DNA from: Heteronotia binoei
Lineage: Eukaryota
Reading direction: 5' to 3'
DNA: 64,000 bases
Assembly: GCF_032191835.1 (NCBI RefSeq)
Contig: NC_083243.1
Location: 178,994,001 to 179,058,000 of the forward strand
Each line of letters starts with the position of its first letter. The stretch's first letter is position 1. Below, piece after piece: positions 37,040 through 49,150 of the stretch. Under the pieces are notes generated by a model. It was not told the origin of the DNA, did not search any database, and saw nothing but the letters and a program-made list of their open reading frames with translations. Made by a program: the position numbers and the translations under genes.

Positions 37040-38051
37040 AAGATCCTAGCCTGTTGCTCTCACTACTACAGCACATAATTTTTATTTTATTTTAATCAAT
37101 GCACAACCCCCTTTCCAGCAAATGCTGATATTATTCTTCAAGAACTGGGGACTGTCACAAAAAATGTGCAATGGCAACTAATAAGGGCTAACCAGAAGAC
37201 CTCCTTCATTCAAGGACAAATGATGGCGCATATTTTGTGAAATGTTCAGAAGTCATAAAAGAGAATGACTGCATTAAAAAAAATCAAGCCCCAACAGATA
37301 AAGTGTTGATGAAAGGCTTTGCAAATATGCCTTCAGTACTACGGCGCAATGATATGAGCAGTTACAGAGCGGCTGCAAAGCAACTGATTGTGACTCATGG
37401 AAAGTTTAGGAGAAAACGAAGAAGGAAAGAACATTCAATCTGATGCTCCCAGCAAAAGGGCTGAAAATGAAGACCACTATTAGAAAATCTAGAGAGCCCC
37501 AGGGATATAAAATAAAATAAAAAGTCTGCCAAAGCCCTTGAATATACTCTAGCAGCACCAATTTATCTAAAAATAAAAATTTACAGTAACATCAAGAAGG
37601 CAAAGAAATATGCATTGCTATTACTTATTTTCTACTTTTAGAGAGGCAGTCATTATGTTATGAATGGGACCTTCATCCCCACTGTCCCTAGCCTGAACCT
37701 GAGATTCTTATCTTTAGACTAACTTTCATTTCCAAAGTGGAGATTTCCTGGGTGAGTCCAAGAGGGTGCAGCTACTTCAGGCAAAACAAGGCAGAATCTC
37801 TCAATAATTCCGGCAGCTGTTGGACGGAACCGGGAGCTAAGCTGGTAGGGCTAATCAGAACCAAGACATGGTCAAGTGGCTTATGAGCCCATTTTGGGGA
37901 TAGGTCAGGATATAAGCTTAAGAAATAAATAAATGATAAGCAACTGCAGGGTGAGATGTGGCAGCATTCCTGATTTTCATTCTGGTTACCTGACAGACAG
38001 AATATCCTAAGAAAAGCTACATCCATCTATCGACTCAAATGTATTTAGCAG

Positions 38052-38238
38052 GATGCCCTGACCAGAATAGCCTAGGCTAGCCCAAATTTGTCATATCTCA
38101 GAAGTTAAGCAGGTCAGTCCGGGTTAGTATTTGGATGGGAGACCACCAAGGAATACCAGGGTCACTATGCAGAGGCCAGTAATGACAAACCACCTCTGAA
38201 TACCTCTTGCCTTGAAAATCTTACAGGGTCACCATAAA
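38052..38238 (+). mobile_element. 5S rRNA-derived SINE (SINE3)
   Basis: 38080-38163 aligns to the 5S internal region (GAAGTTAAGCAGG..GGTTAGTATTTGGATGGGAGACC..GGAATACC), followed by a Sauria/BovB-like tail; truncated by the gap. Confidence 0.8.
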
Positions 38239-38434
38239 NNNNNNNNNNNNNNNNNNNNNNNNNNNNNNNNNNNNNNNNNNNNNNNNNNNNNNNNNNNNNN
38301 NNNNNNNNNNNNNNNNNNNNNNNNNNNNNNNNNNNNNNNNNNNNNNNNNNNNNNNNNNNNNNNNNNNNNNNNNNNNNNNNNNNNNNNNNNNNNNNNNNNN
38401 NNNNNNNNNNNNNNNNNNNNNNNNNNNNNNNNNN
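38239..38434. other. Assembly gap
   Basis: Run of N. Confidence 1.
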
Positions 38435-39168
38435 CGCCCTCCACTCCAAAGAGTCTCAGAGCGGCTCACAATCTCCTTTCCCTTTCTCCCCCACAACAGA
38501 CACCTTGTGCGGTAGATGAAGATATTGGATTTATATCCCGCCCTCCACTCCAAAGAGTCTCAGAGCGGCTCACAATCTCCTTTCCCTTCCTCCCTCACAA
38601 CAGACACCCTGTGAGGTAGAAGAAGATATTGGATTCATATCCCACCCTCCACTCTGAAGAGTCTCAGAGCGGCTCACAATCTCCTTTCCCTTCCTCCCCC
38701 ACAACAGACACCCTGTGAGGTAGATGAAGATATTGGATTTATATCCCGCCCTCCACTCCGAAGAGTCTCAGAGAGGCTCACAATCTCCTTTCCCTTCCTT
38801 CCCCACAACAAACACCCTGTGAGGTGGGTGGGGCTGGAGAGGGCTCTCACAGCAGCTGCCCTTTCAAGGACAGAGGCTCAGAGCGGCCTACAATCTCCTT
38901 TCCCTTCCTCCGCCACAACAGTGTGAGATGGGTGGGGCTGGAGAGGGCTCAGAGTGGCCTACAATCTCCTTTATCTCCCTCCCCCACAACAGACACCCTT
39001 TGAGGTGGGTGGGGCTGGAGAGGGCTCTCACAGCAGCTGCCCTTTCAAGGACAACTTCTGCCAGAGCTATGGCTGACCCAAGGCCATGCCAGCAGGTGCA
39101 AGTGGAGGAGTGGAGAATCAAACCCGGTTCTCCCAGATAAGAGTCCGCACACTTCACCACTACACCAA
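38435..39168 (-). repeat. Squam3 SINE with a tandemly amplified 3' unit
   Basis: At least four ~104-bp units with junction GTAGATGAAGATATTGG, two extra partial core repeats, and a head ending at 39168. Confidence 0.9.
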
Positions 39169-39252
<84 letters not shown>

Positions 39253-39253
39253 A
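39169..39253. repeat. (GAAA)n microsatellite
   Basis: About 21 perfect units abutting the SINE head. Confidence 0.95.
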
Positions 39254-39937
39254 ATTGGTTTATGATTGTATGTGGCTTCAGTGACAGTAAACTGTTGAGA
39301 CATTTCCAACATTAATAAGTGTGAACCATACAAAAATTTGCTGTTGTGAACAAAGGTTGGTTTCAGGTTTTGCAAGCCCTTGGGAAAGAGTGCCCAGGAC
39401 TCCCACATGCCCACTCCTAGGCATCATTTGTTGTCCACCCACCCAGATGTCCCCACATCCCTGTGGATCCTTTCTCTGCTCATTCACATTCACAGGTGCC
39501 CACACTAGTGGGTACAGTTAGGAGTGCCATTGCAATGGCCACCAAAAACTCCGACACTGTGCGCTATCCACGTGTCCTTCTCTAGTAGTGCTAGGCAGCA
39601 CGTGCAGCTGGGAGGAGCATAGATGACGAAGCACTCACAAGCAGGCAGTGGAAGGGGGTGTTTGGAAGGGGGAGGGGGAATCAGAGGAAATGCATGAGTT
39701 GGCAGTCAGCAGCAGTGAGTCCCCCCAGAAGCCATGAGCCCTGGCAGCTGTTCCACCTCAGGGAATGCTGGCCCTGGTTGTGAATATGTTTGCAAATATT
39801 ATGATTAAAACTGAAGTTTCAATTATAATATTTTGACTTTATGTGCAGTCTAAGCAGATAAGCTGAATGGTAGTTATCCAGAAGGCTATATCCATGGAAA
39901 TCTGGATATGAAATTGTCTTTCTGTGTAGATTCATGG

Positions 39938-40202
39938 CTAGTTTGGTGTAATAGAGTGGTGGACTGTAATCTGGAGAACCAGGTTTGATTCTCCGCTCTT
40001 CCACATGCAGCCAGTTGGATGAGCTTGAGTCAGTCACAGCTCTCTCAGAGCTCTCTCACTCTCACCTATCTCACAGGGTGTCTGTTGTGGGGAGATGTAG
40101 TGAAGGAGATTGTAAATCGCTCAGAGATGTGAAGTGAAGGGCAAGGTACAAATGCAACTCGTCTTCGTCTTCTTCATCTCCTTCTTTGTCGTCGTCTTCT
40201 TC
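39938..40202 (+). mobile_element. Squam3/MIR-type SINE (diverged)
   Basis: Head, CTCACAGGGTGTCTGTTGTGGGG core, degenerate CTT tail. Confidence 0.75.
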
Positions 40203-41748
40203 TATAGAAGAACAAGGGCTCGCAAAACCCGAAACCAACCTTTGTTCTCAACAGCAAGTTTTTGTATGGTTCACACTTATTAATGTTGGAAATGTCACAA
40301 CACATGTATTCCAAGTACTATTCACAAGTCCTACACAAAGGATAGCAGTGGGAAAAGTGGGCACAACTAAACTGCTGTCCTCCCTGTATTCACATTATTC
40401 TTCACTGTATTAAATTCTGTACTTCATAAATTCAACCCCCCCCCCCCCATATCCTAGCATTATCTTCTTTTTTTAATGCTTTTTTCAAAAATGGAAGGAA
40501 GGAAGAAATAGTATCGGGTTCACATAGAAAAAATTCAGACATGCTGATGTTTTGAATTTTTAAAAAAGTGACGTTGTGGTTTGTTAATATGTTTGTTTTT
40601 ATTGGGGTTTTTTTTTTTTTTTGCAAAAATTCTTTCCATCTGAAATTTTTTTCACCTAGTTCTGATTAAAACAGCACAAAATGTTCTGTAATCTCAATCT
40701 CCTGAACCTTTATTTCCTAGAAAAAATGTTCTTTTACCAAGAAAACATGACAATGCCAAATTTGTTTGGAATTCCGGGAAGAATTTTGGGCCTATAAAGA
40801 AAACAGCTCACAAGCATGAATTGCTGTTTCGAGGTCTGCAACTAACTCCACTCCTGCTGGATTTGTCCCAGCTTCTGCCTGTGTCCCACCCAGGTGTCAA
40901 AATGTTGGAAACCAAAAATTGGCAGCCTGGGGTTTTAAAGATAGATTTTATGCTCCAAAAACCACTCCTAAAACATTTCGTATATGCAAAGTGCTTTATC
41001 ACACAATTCCAAAGAGTTACACCCTTCTAAATCCATTGAAGTCAATGGTCTTAGAGGGCATACCTGCTTAGGTTTGCCCTACCACAGCCTTGTGTTCATC
41101 ATCAAGCAACCTCATAGAGTTGGCCATTATTATTCTCACTGTGTGGATGAGGCAGCTTTTGCAAGACAATACAGCAAGTTTTTGGCAGAGGTGGGCCTAA
41201 AGCCAGATTCTCATCAATCTGACTTCCTGATGGTCAGGCCCAGCTCTTGATTCATGGTTTCCACCTTGTGCTGATAGATTCCTGAGAACTGCAATGCCGA
41301 GGAGGTCAGTCCTCAAGGGGGTGAGAATTGAGTAACGAATGGAGCACTTTGGTTCAGAGCCCTGGCCAATGAAAATACACTTAATGAAATTATAGACCAG
41401 GGCAGCTAAAGAACCATTTCAATACCCAGGAAAGAGTAACCTTTCAGTATGACCAAAATATCCCATTAATCTTCTCAGGCATTTATAAGCTGTCATTGAA
41501 AGACTCCCATAAGGCCAATCCTCTGTTCCATAGCTGCACTTGCATATTCTCTCTTCAGGATACTTCTTAGTCTTACCATTGTCTCCAAAATGTTTTTTCT
41601 CTCTCTAGAAGATTAACAGAGTCCCATGTGTAAAGATAACTAAAGAAATGAACTACCGGCATGAGGGCCTGTGTGCAGAGTTAGCAAAAGAGTGATTAGC
41701 AAAAGGTTGATTAACATAAGCAAAAGGGTGATTAACATGTGGAATTCA

Positions 41749-42050
41749 TTAGCAAAAGGGTGATTAACATGTGGAATTCACTGCCACAGGAGGTGGTGGC
41801 GTCCACAAGCATAGCCACCTTCAAGAAGGGGTTAGATAAAAATATGGAGCAGAGGTCCNNNNNNNNNNNNNNNNNNNNNNNNNNNNNNNNNNNNNNNNNN
41901 NNNNNNNNNNNNNNNNNNNNNNNNNNNNNNNNNNNNNNNNNNNNNNNNNNNNNNNNNNNNNNNNNNNNNNNNNNNNNNNNNNNNNNNNNNNGAATGTTGG
42001 ACTGGATGGGCCATTGGCCTGATCTAACATGGCTTCTCTTATGTTCTTAT
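41749..42050 (+). mobile_element. CR1 3' end spanning a gap, with a stuttered 5' junction (41681-41748)
   Basis: CAAAAGGGTGATTAACATGTGGAATTCACTGCC..; tail CTTCTCTTATGTTCTTATG. Confidence 0.85.
41859..41991. other. Assembly gap
   Basis: Run of N. Confidence 1.
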
Positions 42051-42127
42051 GGGGGGGGGGAGAGTGAGATCCTTTTCCCTCTTTAAATTCCAGACTCTTG
42101 TTATGGTAACTAAAAGGTTGCGGAGGC

Positions 42128-42737
42128 TGGGGAGGGACGATGGCTCAGTGGTAGAGCATCTGCTTGGGAAGCAGAAGGTCCCAGATTCAATCCCTGGCAT
42201 CTCCAAAAAAGGGTCCAGGCAAATAGGTGTGAAAATCCTCAGCTTGATACCCTGGAGAGCCGCTGCCAGTTTGAGTAGACAATACTGACTTTAAGAACAT
42301 AAGAGAAGCCATGTTGGATCAGGCCAACGGCCCATCAAGTCCAACACTCTGTGTCACACAGTGGCAAAAAAATTTAATATACACACACACTGTGGCTAAT
42401 AGCCACTGATGGACCTGTGTTCCATATTTTTATCTAAACCCCTCTTGAAGGTGGCTAAACTTGTGGCCGCCACCACCTCCTATGGCAGTGATTTCCACAT
42501 GTTAATCACCCTTTGGGTGAAGAAGTACTTCCTTTTATCCGTTTTAACCTGTCTGCTCAGCAATTTCATCAAATGCCCACGAGTTCTTGTATTGTGAGAA
42601 AGGGAGAAAAGTACTTCTTTCTCTACTTTCTCCATCCCATGCATTATCTTGTAAACCTCTATCATGTCACCCCGCAGTCGACTTTGATGGACCAAGGGTC
42701 TGATTCAGTATAAGGCAGCTTCATATGTCCATATGTC
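42128..42737 (+). mobile_element. tRNA-derived SINE (Squam2-like) split by a CR1 insertion
   Basis: Head GGCTCAGTGGTAGAGCATCTGC..GATTCAATCCCTGG; body resumes at 42686 (GATGGACCAAGGGTCTGATTC); uninterrupted paralog at 54150-54362. Confidence 0.8.
42293..42679 (-). mobile_element. CR1 3' fragment nested in the SINE
   Basis: RLRGDMIEVYKIMHG on the minus strand; GACTTT on both flanks (42287-42292, 42680-42685). Confidence 0.9.
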
Positions 42738-43236
42738 CAGGCCTTCCATCTCCGTCCCGGCAATGGAAGATGTATTGAATGATAGTCATACTCAAGCTTG
42801 ATCAGTTATCAGTTTTTTTAAAAAATATATCAGAAGGATAGGGGAAGACATGCCAAAGCTTATTGTGGAAATTGTAACTTGCTTTTCATCTTGTAAGATA
42901 CAGATTTTTTTTTTAAAGATCATTCATTTGATATATACTGTTATGTGCCCTAAGGCTGGGTAGTCTATACAATACTAATTGATGATCAATTTTTCAGATA
43001 ATCTGAATAGAACCGCTGCAGTGTGCACACAAAAAGACACACAGCAGTGCCATTAGTACTTTGAAGTGACTAAGGGAAGCCCTTTGAAACTGTTGTCAGA
43101 GCAATTAGTGTATTGGAATCACAGCACCGGCAATAAACTTCTAAATCAAAGTACAAAATCTAACTTTGTGGTTTTTATTCATCTGTTTGTTTTACCTCAT
43201 CGATATCCCGCCTTTCTCCTCAATGTGGACTAAAAG

Positions 43237-43454
43237 TAGGGTTGCCAGGCTCCAGGTGGGGCCTGGAGATCTCCCACTTTTTCAATTGATCTCTAGCTGG
43301 CAGAGACGAGCTCCCTTGGAGAAAATGGTTGCTTTGAAAGGTGGCGTCTATGGCATTGTACCATGCTGAGGCTCTTCCCCTCCCAAGCCCCACCCTCTCC
43401 CAGCTCCACCCCCAAAGTCCCCAGGTATTTTCCAACACAGACCCGGCAACTGTA
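43237..43454. mobile_element. hAT MITE, short TAGGGTTGCC subfamily
   Basis: TAGGGTTGCCAGG / CCGGCAACTGTA; flanks ACTAAAAG / ACTCAAAG (7/8). Confidence 0.8.
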
Positions 43455-43978
43455 ACTCAAAGTGTCTTACGGCTTTCCCCTCTCCTTCATTTTGTCCTTA
43501 CAACCCTGAGAGATATGCAAGGCTTGAGAGAATGTGACTGGCCTAAGGGCATCTTGCAAGCAGAGTGGGGATTTGAACCTGAGTCTCCCAGATCCTAGCC
43601 TGACACTTTTAACCACTTCATCACACTAAGAAAGAGAGTGAAAATGGATATAAACAATAACATTTGAGTTCTGTTCATGTACTTAGGATTTATGGTTAAA
43701 GTGAAATTTGGATTTGGAAGAAGAACAAGGACTTTTCTGCATCCGTCCCCGCCCCCCCCCCCCCCGGTCAGTTCTGACGTCCTACTTCTTCAGTTTATCT
43801 CCTGGTTTCTGCACATATTTTTTTTGCCTTTAATTTTTTACTTCATCCCATCCCAATTTTTTTCCTGAGTCTTTCGAAACAACTTTTACCTCAATATTTT
43901 TCTAGAAACCAATTTTGAGTTGGCTTTTTCCACATGCCTAATGCTTTTGTCATTTTTCTTTGTTCCATCCATTCCCAC

Positions 43979-44452
43979 TAGGGTTGCCAATCCCCAGTTG
44001 GGGGTGGGGGATCCCACAGTTTGGAGCTCCTTCCCTCACTTCAGGGTTGTCAAAAGGGGGGGAAGGGGATGTCTGCTGGGCTCTTCATTATACCCTATGG
44101 AGACTGATTCCCATAGGGTATACTGGAGAATTGATGCTTAGGCATCTGGGGCTCTGGAAGGCAGTTTTTTTGAAGTAGGGGCACCAAAATTTCAGCATAG
44201 CATCCAGTGCCTCTCCTCAAAACACTCCCCAAGTTTCAAAAAGATTGGAGATCCAATTCTATGAGCCTCTAAGGAAGGTGCCCCTATTTTTCATTATTTC
44301 CACATGGAGGGGAGGCATTTAAAAGGCACGTGGTCCCTTTAAATGTGATGGCCAGAACTCCCTTCAGAGTTCAATTGTGCTTGTCACAGCCTTGCTTCTG
44401 GCTCCACCCCCAAAGTCCCCAGATATTTCTTGAGTTGGACCTGGCAACCCTA
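43979..44452. mobile_element. hAT MITE, TAGGGTTGCC family
   Basis: TAGGGTTGCCAA / TGGCAACCCTA; degraded TSD ATTCCCAC / GCTCCCAT. Confidence 0.85.
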
Positions 44453-44539
44453 GCTCCCATCCACTTTCAGCCCACTTTTCAATGATTGCAGAATTGTCAT
44501 TATGAAACCACTCCCTCTCCTCCCCCAGACAAGTAGATT

Positions 44540-45049
44540 TAGGGTTGCCAAGTCCAATTCAAGAAATATCTGGGGACTTTGGGGGTGAAGCCAGGAGACT
44601 TTGGGGGTGGAGCCAGGAGCAAGGGTGAGACAAGCATAATTGAACTCCAAAGGGAGTTTTGGCCATCCCATTTAAAGGAACAGCACACCTTTTAAATGCC
44701 TTCTTTCCATAGGAAATAATGGATAGGGGCACCTTCTTTTGGGTTTCATAGACCATGACCCGCTGGCCCAATCATTTTAAAACTTGGGGGGTAGTTTGAG
44801 GAGAGGCACTGGATACTATGCCAAAGATTTGGTGTTTCTATCTCAAAAAACAGCCCCCCCCCCCAGAGCCCCAGATACCCATAGAACAATTCTTCATTAT
44901 TTTCTATGGGAATAAGTCTCCATAGGGAATAATAAAGTTCCCAGCAGACATTTCCCTCCCCCCCCCCCCCGCTTTCTGATGACCCTGAAGCGGGGGGAGG
45001 GCCTCCAAACGGGGGATCCCCTGCCCCCACCTGGGGATTGGCAACCCTA
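44540..45049. mobile_element. hAT MITE, TAGGGTTGCC family
   Basis: Perfect TIRs and 8-bp TSD AGTAGATT. Confidence 0.92.
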
Positions 45050-45568
45050 AGTAGATTCAATATTGACCCTCCCCCCAAGAGCCCCTAAAATATTGCTATA
45101 GCATTGTAATTGTAGTTTAACCAGATTCCCTGAATCCCCAGCTTTCATTTTTTTAAAAGTAACTCTCCAGCTTCTTGCCTGTTTCCTTATATCTCTGTGA
45201 AAGAAGAACTAGAAACTTACTTGGGGGTGGGGGGGATGAAAGCTGCGAATTCAGAGAACCTGCCTAATTTCTCAGTACAACGCTATGTTGATGTTTCGAT
45301 ATTTTAGGACCTTTTTTTAAAAGGCGAGCCAAAGCTGATCCCAAGGCTTGCGGATCAACTGCCAAGAAAAACTGGAGTAAGTTAAGTGTGCAGAAAGGCC
45401 TCAAGTGTGATATGCACAGAAGGAAACATGTTTTGGACTCCATGGTAATCAAACATTATAATTTTTGAATAATTACAGTAGTAATTGTAATTGTGTTTGT
45501 CTATTTTCATACATGTCTGTCTTAGGGGTGCTGGCTTTGGGTTGGGATATTCCTGCAGGTTTGTGAGG

Positions 45569-45953
45569 TAGAAGAAGAAGATGATATTGGATTTCTATCC
45601 CACCCTCCACTCCGAAGAGTCTCAGAGTGGCTCACAATCTCCTTTGCCTTCCTCCCCCACAACAGACACCCTGTGAGGTGGGTGGGGCTGGAGAGGGCTC
45701 TCACAGCAGCTGCCCTTTCAAGGACAGAGGCTGAGAGCGGCCTACAATCTCCTCTACCTTCCTTCCCCACAACAGACACCCAGTGAGGTGGGTGGGGCTG
45801 GAGAGGGCTCTCCTAGCAGCTGCCCTTTCAAGGACAACCTCTGCCAGAGCTATGGCTGACCCAAGGCCATTCCAGCAGGTGCAAGTGGAGGAGTGGGGAA
45901 TCGAACCCGGTTCTCCCAGATAAGAGTCCACACACTTAACCACTACACCAAAC
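45569..45953 (-). mobile_element. Squam3 SINE with a duplicated core segment
   Basis: One head and two GAGGTGGGTGGGGCTGGAGAGGG core blocks. Confidence 0.85.
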
Positions 45954-47750
45954 TAGGTAGAGCCTAGTCCCTCCCCCCCCCCCTTAACGTCTTATGCACT
46001 TTCGATGTATTGTCCTCCCAGTCCTGCCTCAGTGTTTTTTGCCATGGTACATTAATGTAACACAGAAATGCAAAATGCATCTAATTTTCATTGCAAATTT
46101 GCATTCAAAGCAATAATTTGAAGGCAAGGGTGGTCAGCTTGTGATACAAACACGTATTATGAGCAAGGGCAATTTATATTACCGTCTTATTTTTAAAATT
46201 TCCTGGCATCACAAGCAACGGCTTTCAAACTGCATTAATCAGAAGTTCCTGAGAGACACATCAGTGGCTCCTCAGAGAGAACATCAGGGCAAACATCCCT
46301 GACAGACAGCTCGCCTGTCATTAGCAACAGTGCCAGGGGAGTGTAAAGAACAACAGACCACATCCCAGAATCTTCTACAGCGCAGAGATTGTGGCTGACA
46401 CACAGACGGACAAATCTGCATGGGCAGACAAATCTGTATCGAAAGTGTTCCCTAAGAGCAAGAGGTTTGAAAACCACTGTCCTGTAGAGCTGTCTGAGTC
46501 AATCTTTTGCAAACAAACTGGAAGAAAAGCTCACCCGAGGCCTTTTGTACATGACAGGAGGAAAAAGCTATGTTGGTTTTCCCCTATTGCTCTAAATGGT
46601 CTGATTGAGCTTTGGGAGCAGCTCCAACATCCGTTAAAAGCTTGAGATCTGGTTCCCAAACAGGCCAATTTATCTTTCAAGGTATTTTCCTTTTTCCCTC
46701 CTCCTCCTGCTCTTGCAGTGCCTAAATTTGGCCTTCCAATAACATTTGTATAATATATGGTTACACAGAGAACATTGCCAAAGCCAGCTCCGTTCTAGAC
46801 CCTCCGCCTGGAAATGCTGGATGAATGGGGTGTTTTTTCTTGTCACTCTCAGCCCCATGTGTTTCTCAACACCTCTCAATATGTATTTTTGTTTTGTTTT
46901 ATTTTATTTAAAGAAGGGAGTGAGGCAGGATTATGCTTCTGGTTTCATAGTCCATTGGCTTTTCCTTGCTAGCAGGGCAGTGCTTGGGGGACATGTTGGT
47001 TAGCGAATAATGCACTGTTTGAGGGATGCAAGGGATCTGGATGAACTTGGAAAGCCATGCCTGAGAAGATGTGTGTGTCTTTGAAAGGGGGCGGGAAGGT
47101 GAATATCTGTCTGGTGTCTCTCCACACTAAGGAGTTCAGGTAAGAGAAGGGAAGGGAGAGCGCAGCACAGTTCAAATGTGATATTTTTAAAAAGGTGAAA
47201 ATTCACAAACTCAAGAAGGAAAGAATCAAGCATATGCATTCTTTGTAAGTGTAAGTTAAATGAAATTCAGAAGGAAGGGCGTTTTTGAAAGAAGCAGAAT
47301 TACAGGCTGGAACCATGTGGAGGAAAATTGGGGGGGCATCACAGAAGACCCCTCGGCGTCTGCCATCTGTAGGTGGGGGCTCACATAACTGAAAACTCTC
47401 TCACACACACACACTCCATATTAAAAAATCTAGACGGCTAGGTGGAAACTTCCATTTAGCCTTCAGTGTTGACTGTTGTATACACATGAATGGTTTCTTC
47501 ATGGGGAAGGGTTTCATCATGTGAGCCCCCCCTTGCAGTTTGGAGTTACAAGGCCAGACACAGGTTTATTTTCTCAGTGAGAATTAGGTCTTGCTTAGGC
47601 TATGGGACAGTGTTCTATAATATGCTTTGGCATAACATTTCACTTTCGTGTGGATGCCATTCATAAAAATCAGTGCTGTAATTGACAATGATTTTGTGTA
47701 GCAGCCTTACTGTGGATATGCTTATCCTTCTGGAAATACATCTAGAAATC

Positions 47751-48865
47751 AAGAAGAAGAGGAAGAAGATATTGGATTTATATCCAGCTCTCCACTCCAA
47801 AGAGTCTCAGACCGGCTCACAATCTCCTTTACCCCCCCACCCCCCCACAACAGACACCCTGTGAGGTAGATGAAGATATCGGATTTATATCCTGCCCTCT
47901 ACTCCGAGGAGTCTCAGAGTGGCTCACAATCTCCTTTACCTTCCTCCCCCACAACAGACCCTATGAGGTAGATGAAGATATTGGATTTATATCTCACCCT
48001 CCACTCCGAAGAGTCTCAGAGTGGCTCACAATCTCCTTTACCTTCCTCCCCCACAACAGACACCCTGTGAGGTAGATGAAGATATTGGATTTATATCCCA
48101 CCCTCCACTCCGAGGAGTCTCAGAGTGGCTCACAATCTCCTTTACCTTCCTCCCCCACAACAGACACCCTGTGAGGTAGATGAAGATATTGGATTTATAT
48201 CCCACCCTCCACTCCGAAGAGTCTCAGAGTGGCTCACAATCTCCTTTACCTTCCTCCCCCACAACAGACACCCTGTGAGGTAGATGAAGATATTGGATTT
48301 ATATCCTGCCCTCCACTCCGAAGAGTCTCAGAGCGGCTCACAATCTCCTTTCCCTTCCTCCCCCACAACAGACACCCTGTGAGGTAGATGAAGATATTGG
48401 ATTTATATCCTGCCCTCCACTCCGAAGAGTCTCAGAGCGGCTCACAATCTCCTTTACCTTCCTCCCCCACAAGACACCCTGTGAGGTAGATGAAGATATT
48501 GGATTTATATTCCGCCCTCCACTCCGAAGAGTCTCAGAGCAGCTCACTATCTCCTTTACCTTTCTCCCCCACAACAGACACCCTATGAGGTAGATGAAGA
48601 TATTGGATTTATATCCCGCCCTCCACTCCGAAGAGTCTCAGAGTGGCTCACTATCTCCTTTCCCTTCCTCCCCCACAACAGACACCCTGTGAGGTGGGTG
48701 GGGCTGGAGAGGGCTCTCCCAGCAGCTGCCCTTTCAAGGACAACCTCTGCTAGAGCTATGGCTGACCCAAGGCCATGCTAGCAGGTGCAAGTGGAGGAGT
48801 GGGGAATCAAACCCGGTTCTCTCAGATAAGAGTCCACACACTTAACCACTACACCAAACTAGCTC
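47751..48865 (-). repeat. Squam3 SINE head followed by nine tandem 104-bp 3' units (SINE-derived satellite)
   Basis: GTAGATG junction at a 104-bp period (e.g. 48073, 48177, 48281, 48385); single head at 48690-48865. Confidence 0.95.
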
Positions 48866-48961
48866 TCACATTTTTAATTTAATTTAATTAAAGATTTTAA
48901 AAAGTCAATTAAGATATTAAAATATTTGATTTTCTCGCGATCGTTTTACAATCAGAATGCT

Positions 48962-49150
48962 CAGGGCTTTTTATGTTAAAAAAGCTCAGCAGGAACTCAT
49001 TTGCATATTAGGCCACACCCCCTAACCACAATTTTCCACGTAGGGCTTTTTGTAGAAAAAGCCTAGCAGGAACTCATTTGCATATTAGGCCACTTCCCTT
49101 GACACCAAGTCAGCCAGAACTGCATTCCTGTGCGTTCCTGCTAAAAAAAA
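48962..49150. mobile_element. CAGGGCTTTT-family MITE (hAT-like)
   Basis: CAGCAGGAACTCATTTGCATATTAGGCCAC present twice; paralog at 57537-57731. Confidence 0.65.

Noticed and set aside
38080-38163. 5S rRNA gene
   Set aside because: Partial, heavily substituted and fused to a retroposon tail, so it is a SINE3 head.
38165-38619. ORFs spanning N-runs (also 41739-42086)
   Set aside because: Artefacts of translating assembly gaps.
42128-42205. tRNA gene (also the heads of the other SINEs)
   Set aside because: A/B boxes are present, but there is no complete cloverleaf and the sequence continues into a SINE body.
46320-46370. Signal-peptide-like MWSVVLYTPLALLLMTG on the minus strand
   Set aside because: The donor would be a non-canonical GCGAGC and no linked downstream exon could be supported.
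47751-48865. CRISPR-like regular array
   Set aside because: The units are whole 104-bp tandem repeats without unique spacers, derive from a SINE, and lie in a vertebrate genome with no cas genes.
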